From contig OZ059898.1 of the NCBI GenBank assembly GCA_964057225.1, positions 9,858,001-9,922,000 on the forward strand: a stretch of 64,000 nt of DNA, written 5' to 3'. Positions 59,457-64,000 of the stretch are shown piece by piece. A program made the position numbers and the translations under genes. Below the pieces are notes generated by a model. It had not been told where the DNA came from and did not search any database. It saw nothing but the letters and a program-made list of their open reading frames with translations. The first letter of the stretch is position 1. Every line of letters begins with the position of its first letter. Origin of the DNA: Auanema rhodensis. Lineage: Eukaryota > Animalia > Nematoda.

Positions 59457-60092
59457 TTATCCTTCTTCCTCCTCGATTTGTCCCAGCTGGAAGTCGGTCG
59501 CGGGTTGCCGGTCGGCGACCGTCCATATGTGGAACAGGCTGACGTCTGTCAGCAGTTCCGTCGCCTGGCCTGCTATCATCATTTTTTTTCTTTTCTGGTC
59601 CGGAGTGGTGGCGCGCGTCGCCATTAGTATCCTTAAGGCCTGGCTGATCAGGTCTCCCGCCTTCCTAATCGACTGGTTAGTCGATTCCATCATACTTTCT
59701 TCTGTCCAGCTCTTGTGGATCTCTTCCGCGGCCCATCTTGGGATGAGATCCGCGCTAGCTACATTTTCGGAGGCTGGATAGCCTAGATCTTCGCGTAGTT
59801 TGTTGATGGTGGCCTTGGTGCGGGCAGTGGCCTCGGACCAGTTTTGCGCCATTTTGGCCATCTCTTCTTCATCATTGTTACATGAACATTGTAACCTTTC
59901 CAGAGTCTCTATTAATAGAGTAACTCTGGCTAAATTCTCCGAAAATGATTGGAGGATTCTTATCTTTTTAGTCCTGTTGTTTGTTGTCTCCAGTTGTTGT
60001 AGTTCTATCTGGAGCGAATGTATCTTGATCCACTTTTCCTTGATCATCGCGATAGGTGTCTCGCAGGCTGGTGGAGGGAAGACGAGTGCCAT
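59457..60092 (-). CDS. Accessory ORF downstream of pol in element C (211 aa from the ATG; predicted helical/coiled-coil; unknown function)
   Basis: MALVFPPPACETPIAMIKEKW...; a GC-richer open frame flanked by AT-rich spacers, with heptad-like amphipathic helices. Confidence 0.65.
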   Translation of the reverse strand: MALVFPPPACETPIAMIKEKWIKIHSLQIELQQLETTNNRTKKIRILQSFSENLARVTLLIETLERLQCSCNNDEEEMAKMAQNWSEATARTKATINKLREDLGYPASENVASADLIPRWAAEEIHKSWTEESMMESTNQSIRKAGDLISQALRILMATRATTPDQKRKKMMIAGQATELLTDVSLFHIWTVADRQPATDFQLGQIEEEEG

Positions 60093-60312
60093 TCTTGTGG
60101 TGCTGGGAGTTTTTCTGCTTGAGGTGAATTTTGAGCTTATATAGGGTGAAAAAAATAGGTAAGTATATATTTTGTGATACATAGATATTAAGATTGATGA
60201 TTGGGGAAAACATTGTTTTTGTTGTTTGGGTAGCAGATAGAATGAATTATTGTAAATTAATAAAAAAAAATTAATGAATAAAGTTATTTTCCCAAAAAGT
60301 TTCTATTTTTGA

Positions 60313-63300
60313 TTAAATGGTTGTTGTTGCTCCAATCACTGTCGAAGGTCGTTTCTTTCGTACGACCGGTGTTTTTGGTGAGTTGAAATGAGCATCAGGT
60401 ATCTGAGAGCGTGTGAGCCTATTTTTAGACTCTAAGGTGGGTATCACGCTGTTGTACCTTATTGGTACGTGGAATGGTTTTGGAGCGGTTATAGGATTTT
60501 TGTCTTCTATTCCAAGTGCCAACTTGAGGGCTGAGCTCCATCTTTTGGTTGTGGGTATCTCTTTACGTCTTTCTTCATAGAGCTCTTGCCTTGTTTCTTC
60601 TCCAATTTTATCGACAAGTTGTTGAAATAAGTTGTTTTCGTCCTTGTCCGTAGCTAACTTGTCTGCCGTATTCGGTCCGGTTTCTGGTTGATAATTGTCC
60701 TGTTGTGTTTCCCGCGTAATTTCCTGTGGTGCTATTGTTTCTTGTGGTGTTATTGAAGGTCGGCTTTGTTCGTAGAATTCGTCCTCGTTGTCGCTTTCTG
60801 AATCAGAGATTGATGTTGCGGTGGGCGTGCTATTTTTAGCGCGCGTATTTTCCGTATCCTGCTGTGAGCCGTCGCTATAAATGGCAGGTGCGGAGTCGTT
60901 TCTGTTGTGCTCGCTTTCTTCGACGTTGTTATCGTCGGGTGGAAAGTATCTTATATTATTCTTGTGAGCTATAATCGTATTCCCTTCGCTATCTGCTAAT
61001 ATTACGTTATTTCCTTTTATTTCCTTGATTATATATGGTCCATCGCTTGTTGTTTGTAATTTATTTGCTGGCTTTGCTCGCTTGACGAGTGCTCTATTTT
61101 CCACGAAGATCTCTCTTTCCTGCGTCCTGTGATTTTCGTCGTATTTCTTCTTCATTCTTTCATTATTCAACTCTATCCTTTCATGAATCTTCTCGTGTAA
61201 GTCCGGGGCGTTCTTGATTGTGGCTCCTGGAGTTTCTAAGTCCTTATCTATTGGTAACCGAGCTGTTTGTCCAAACAGACAGTCGTAGGGTGGTGTGCGA
61301 GTAGTAGCGTTTGGTAGTCGATTCATCGTAAAAACAATTTTTGGTAGAATAATATCCCAATTGTCTTGGTCGTCATTAACGTAGGAAGTTAATGCTTCTT
61401 CCAGTGTTCTGTGTAGCCGTTCCACTTGACCATTTGCGTTTTTGTAGTATGGCATAGTTGTGTGATGTTCCGATCCAAGATTATCGCACATGCTTTTGAA
61501 TTCGTGTGAGACAAAGTTTGATCCATTGTCTGTGATGATTTTCTTTGGGGGTCCGAAGACATAGAATAAGTGTGTCATAATAGCTGATACTATTTCTTCT
61601 GATGTCTGACGAATTAATGGTATCGCTATAATCCATTTGGAAAATGCGTCCTGTATAGATAAAATGTATCTATTATCCTTTGCAGTTCTAGGTAATGGTC
61701 CTAGTATGTCCATGTGAACTCGTTCCCATGGATGTGTCACTGTTGGGAAGTTTCTCATTGGTTCAACTGTGGCTTCATGTGGGTTATTTTTCCTCTTTGC
61801 ACAGTCGAGACATCTGTTCACATATCTTGTGATATCATCCTGTATTCCTGTCCAAGTGTACCGTCGCAAAATGGAGTCTTGAGTCTTATTGATTCCAAGA
61901 TGTGCTCCGAGAATTGGGTCTTTATGAAATTTTTCTATAATTGGTATTGTGATTGCTGGATCGTTTGGTAGAATGGCTCGCGGAGTTTGTAAAGCTGTTT
62001 TGGGTTTTGCATACAGAGCGTCGTTCACAACGATATATCGATCCATTAGTTGCCTTCCTGCTGTTTTGTTCCGAATCTTTTCTTTTGTTTCCATGATCCA
62101 TTCTGTATTGCCTTGAATGGTCCGAAGGTCCGTAATAGTTGAAATAGTCGAGATTTTGTGTGTAGGAGTTTCTTTTGGTTTCTTCTTTCTTTCCTTGGCT
62201 TCGTTGACTTCGTCTTCAAAATATCGTGAAAGTGCATCACATACGCTGTTAAGACGTCCTGGGCGATACACTATCTCGATGTCGTATTCTTGTAATACGA
62301 TTTGAAATTTTGCTAGCCTGCCAATGAGATCTTTTCTTGTCATGAGGCTAGTAAGAGGCCTGTGATCGGTAATGATTCTTATTGGTGTGCCTAGTATGTA
62401 AGTCCGAAATTGATGTACTGCGAAAGTGAGTGCTAAGGCTTCGATTTCAATTGGCGGGTAATTTCGTTCGGCTTTGTTCAGTTTTCGGCTGGCAAATGCA
62501 ATTGGGTGAAGTGGTTCCTTGTCGTCTTTAGCCTGTAATAGTACTGCGCCAACTGCAATTATACTTCCATCGCTTTCAATGACGTAAGGTCGTTTTGCTA
62601 TAGGTGCTTGTAGTACAGGAGCTTGACAGAGTATCTGTTTAAGTTGTTGAAATGCTTGTTCTTCTGCATCTCCCCATTTGAAAGCTGTATCCTTTTTCGT
62701 GAGCTCATAAAGTGGTGACGCAATGCCTGCGGCATTTCTAATAAATCTGCGAAAGTAGTTCACAACTCCCATAAATGCTCGAACTCCTGTTATTGATTTC
62801 GGTCTTGGATAATCTCGGATTGCTTTTACTTTCTGAGGGTCTGGTTTTATTCCTTCGTGTCCAACAATGAATCCTAGGAATTTGACTTCTTGTTGTCCAA
62901 AGGTACATTTCTTAAGCTTGATTTTTAATCCTAGCTCTGCTGATGCGTTCAGTACTTCGTCGATATCTTGTAAATGTTTCGTCGTTGATTCCGATATGAG
63001 AAGTAGATCGTCGAGATAGACGAAGAGCTTGCATCGTACGTGTTGTTGTAAATATCGTACAGCATTTTGGAATGTGTGTGGAGCTCCGCAGAGTCCCATC
63101 GGCATTCTGCAGTATTGATAAGTTCCGCTCGTAGTAGTGAATGCGGTGAGGTGTCTATCTTCTGATCTAAGAGGGATTTGAAAGAATCCAGATACTAGAT
63201 CAAAGTTACTGAAGATACGCGCTCCGGCTGCTAGGTCCAAGATGTCTTGAATGTTAGATATAACGTAGATTTGTTTTTGCGTTATTGCGTTGAGTGCTCG

Positions 63301-63999
63301 AAAATCAGTCACAAATCTGTACGTTTTATCCTTTTTCTTGACCAATATTACGGGACTGGTAGTCATAGAAAAAGATGGCTCAATTATTCCTTGTTCTAAC
63401 ATTTCCTCCACTTGTTTTTCTACTTCTTCTTGTTGTGATAGAGGTATTCTGTACGTGATCTTGAAAGATGGAACTTTTCCTTCGATGATCGGGATGCTAT
63501 GTTCCACTGGTCCTTTGAAAAGTCCAATATTGCGATCCTCGTTTAAGAAAGCTTCCTTGTTTCTGAGCACTATTTTCTTTAACTGTTGTCTCTCTAGCTG
63601 AGTAAAGATGGTGTTTGTTACATCGAGGTCTTTTATAAAGTCCTCTGGGAAGTATGGTAGTTGATCTTCCCATCTTGCTTCTGGTGGCACATATTGTCCT
63701 TTTTGCTCCTCCGTGTTTTTCGGGATAGCGTAAGCTGTTCCAATGCCTTGATTTGTCTGTACTACAATTGTGTCTGGAGAGATATTTGTAGCAAATATCT
63801 GAACTCCATATCCCGTTGGGGTGAAAGTAGTAGGGGCGAAACTCATTTTTCCTGTCCGCTGTGAGCTTCTAATGAAAGCTTGTTCGTAAGAGGCGGGATC
63901 GTCTACTTCCAATGTAAGCGATCTGGTTTCTCCTGGGTAGAACTGTTTGGTTTCCAGGCTTACGACGTGTGCTATCGTGTGGTTCTCAGTCCATGGCGC
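60313..63999 (-). CDS. pol: Pol of element C (partial): RT, RNase H and integrase with a long C-terminal tail
   Basis: ORF track 1199 aa; the frame stays open to the window edge. Motifs YLDD, ESDGS, HHCC, HMD/TDNG/ER, GPY. Confidence 0.95.
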   Translation of the reverse strand, partial: APWTENHTIAHVVSLETKQFYPGETRSLTLEVDDPASYEQAFIRSSQRTGKMSFAPTTFTPTGYGVQIFATNISPDTIVVQTNQGIGTAYAIPKNTEEQKGQYVPPEARWEDQLPYFPEDFIKDLDVTNTIFTQLERQQLKKIVLRNKEAFLNEDRNIGLFKGPVEHSIPIIEGKVPSFKITYRIPLSQQEEVEKQVEEMLEQGIIEPSFSMTTSPVILVKKKDKTYRFVTDFRALNAITQKQIYVISNIQDILDLAAGARIFSNFDLVSGFFQIPLRSEDRHLTAFTTTSGTYQYCRMPMGLCGAPHTFQNAVRYLQQHVRCKLFVYLDDLLLISESTTKHLQDIDEVLNASAELGLKIKLKKCTFGQQEVKFLGFIVGHEGIKPDPQKVKAIRDYPRPKSITGVRAFMGVVNYFRRFIRNAAGIASPLYELTKKDTAFKWGDAEEQAFQQLKQILCQAPVLQAPIAKRPYVIESDGSIIAVGAVLLQAKDDKEPLHPIAFASRKLNKAERNYPPIEIEALALTFAVHQFRTYILGTPIRIITDHRPLTSLMTRKDLIGRLAKFQIVLQEYDIEIVYRPGRLNSVCDALSRYFEDEVNEAKERKKKPKETPTHKISTISTITDLRTIQGNTEWIMETKEKIRNKTAGRQLMDRYIVVNDALYAKPKTALQTPRAILPNDPAITIPIIEKFHKDPILGAHLGINKTQDSILRRYTWTGIQDDITRYVNRCLDCAKRKNNPHEATVEPMRNFPTVTHPWERVHMDILGPLPRTAKDNRYILSIQDAFSKWIIAIPLIRQTSEEIVSAIMTHLFYVFGPPKKIITDNGSNFVSHEFKSMCDNLGSEHHTTMPYYKNANGQVERLHRTLEEALTSYVNDDQDNWDIILPKIVFTMNRLPNATTRTPPYDCLFGQTARLPIDKDLETPGATIKNAPDLHEKIHERIELNNERMKKKYDENHRTQEREIFVENRALVKRAKPANKLQTTSDGPYIIKEIKGNNVILADSEGNTIIAHKNNIRYFPPDDNNVEESEHNRNDSAPAIYSDGSQQDTENTRAKNSTPTATSISDSESDNEDEFYEQSRPSITPQETIAPQEITRETQQDNYQPETGPNTADKLATDKDENNLFQQLVDKIGEETRQELYEERRKEIPTTKRWSSALKLALGIEDKNPITAPKPFHVPIRYNSVIPTLESKNRLTRSQIPDAHFNSPKTPVVRKKRPSTVIGATTTI

Positions 64000-64000
64000 G

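Larger units (their letters stand above)
58889..64000 (-). mobile_element. Ty3/gypsy LTR retrotransposon C (related but distinct family); 5' part lies outside the window
   Basis: The array breaks at CTCTCTAC|CGTTCCATA; the RT-RH-IN ORF is homologous to A and B. Confidence 0.95.

Overview
Eukaryotic, AT-rich DNA, probably from a nematode (inferred, not proven). The backbone is a tandem tRNA-Gly(GCC) gene array with 39 copies on the minus strand: 21 consensus, 15 point variants and 3 deletion pseudogenes. Each ~172-bp tRNA cassette is separated from the next by 2-7 copies of a ~232-bp AT-rich subrepeat, and these units form higher-order repeats. Three different Ty3/gypsy LTR retrotransposons interrupt the array. 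Element A (<1-10134, minus) is truncated by the window edge and carries an in-frame deletion of its protease active site. Element B (42567-54228, plus) is complete, with identical 358-bp LTRs and a 4-bp TSD. Element C (58889->64000, minus) shows its pol, an accessory ORF and its 3' LTR. The main find is the architecture shared by A and B: one uninterrupted polyprotein in the order Gag - internal signal peptide - herpesvirus gB-like (class III) Env - TM anchor - PR-RT-RH-IN. The Env carries a ~370-440 aa insert bracketed by two furin-type sites and a PPxY/LPxY tail. A and B also share non-canonical CG...CG LTR termini, a multipartite tRNA-Gln primer-binding system, a covarying structured leader RNA, and a ~1-kb AUG-free stretch that implies a non-AUG-initiated Gag extension. 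All three insertions appear to sit just upstream of tRNA genes.
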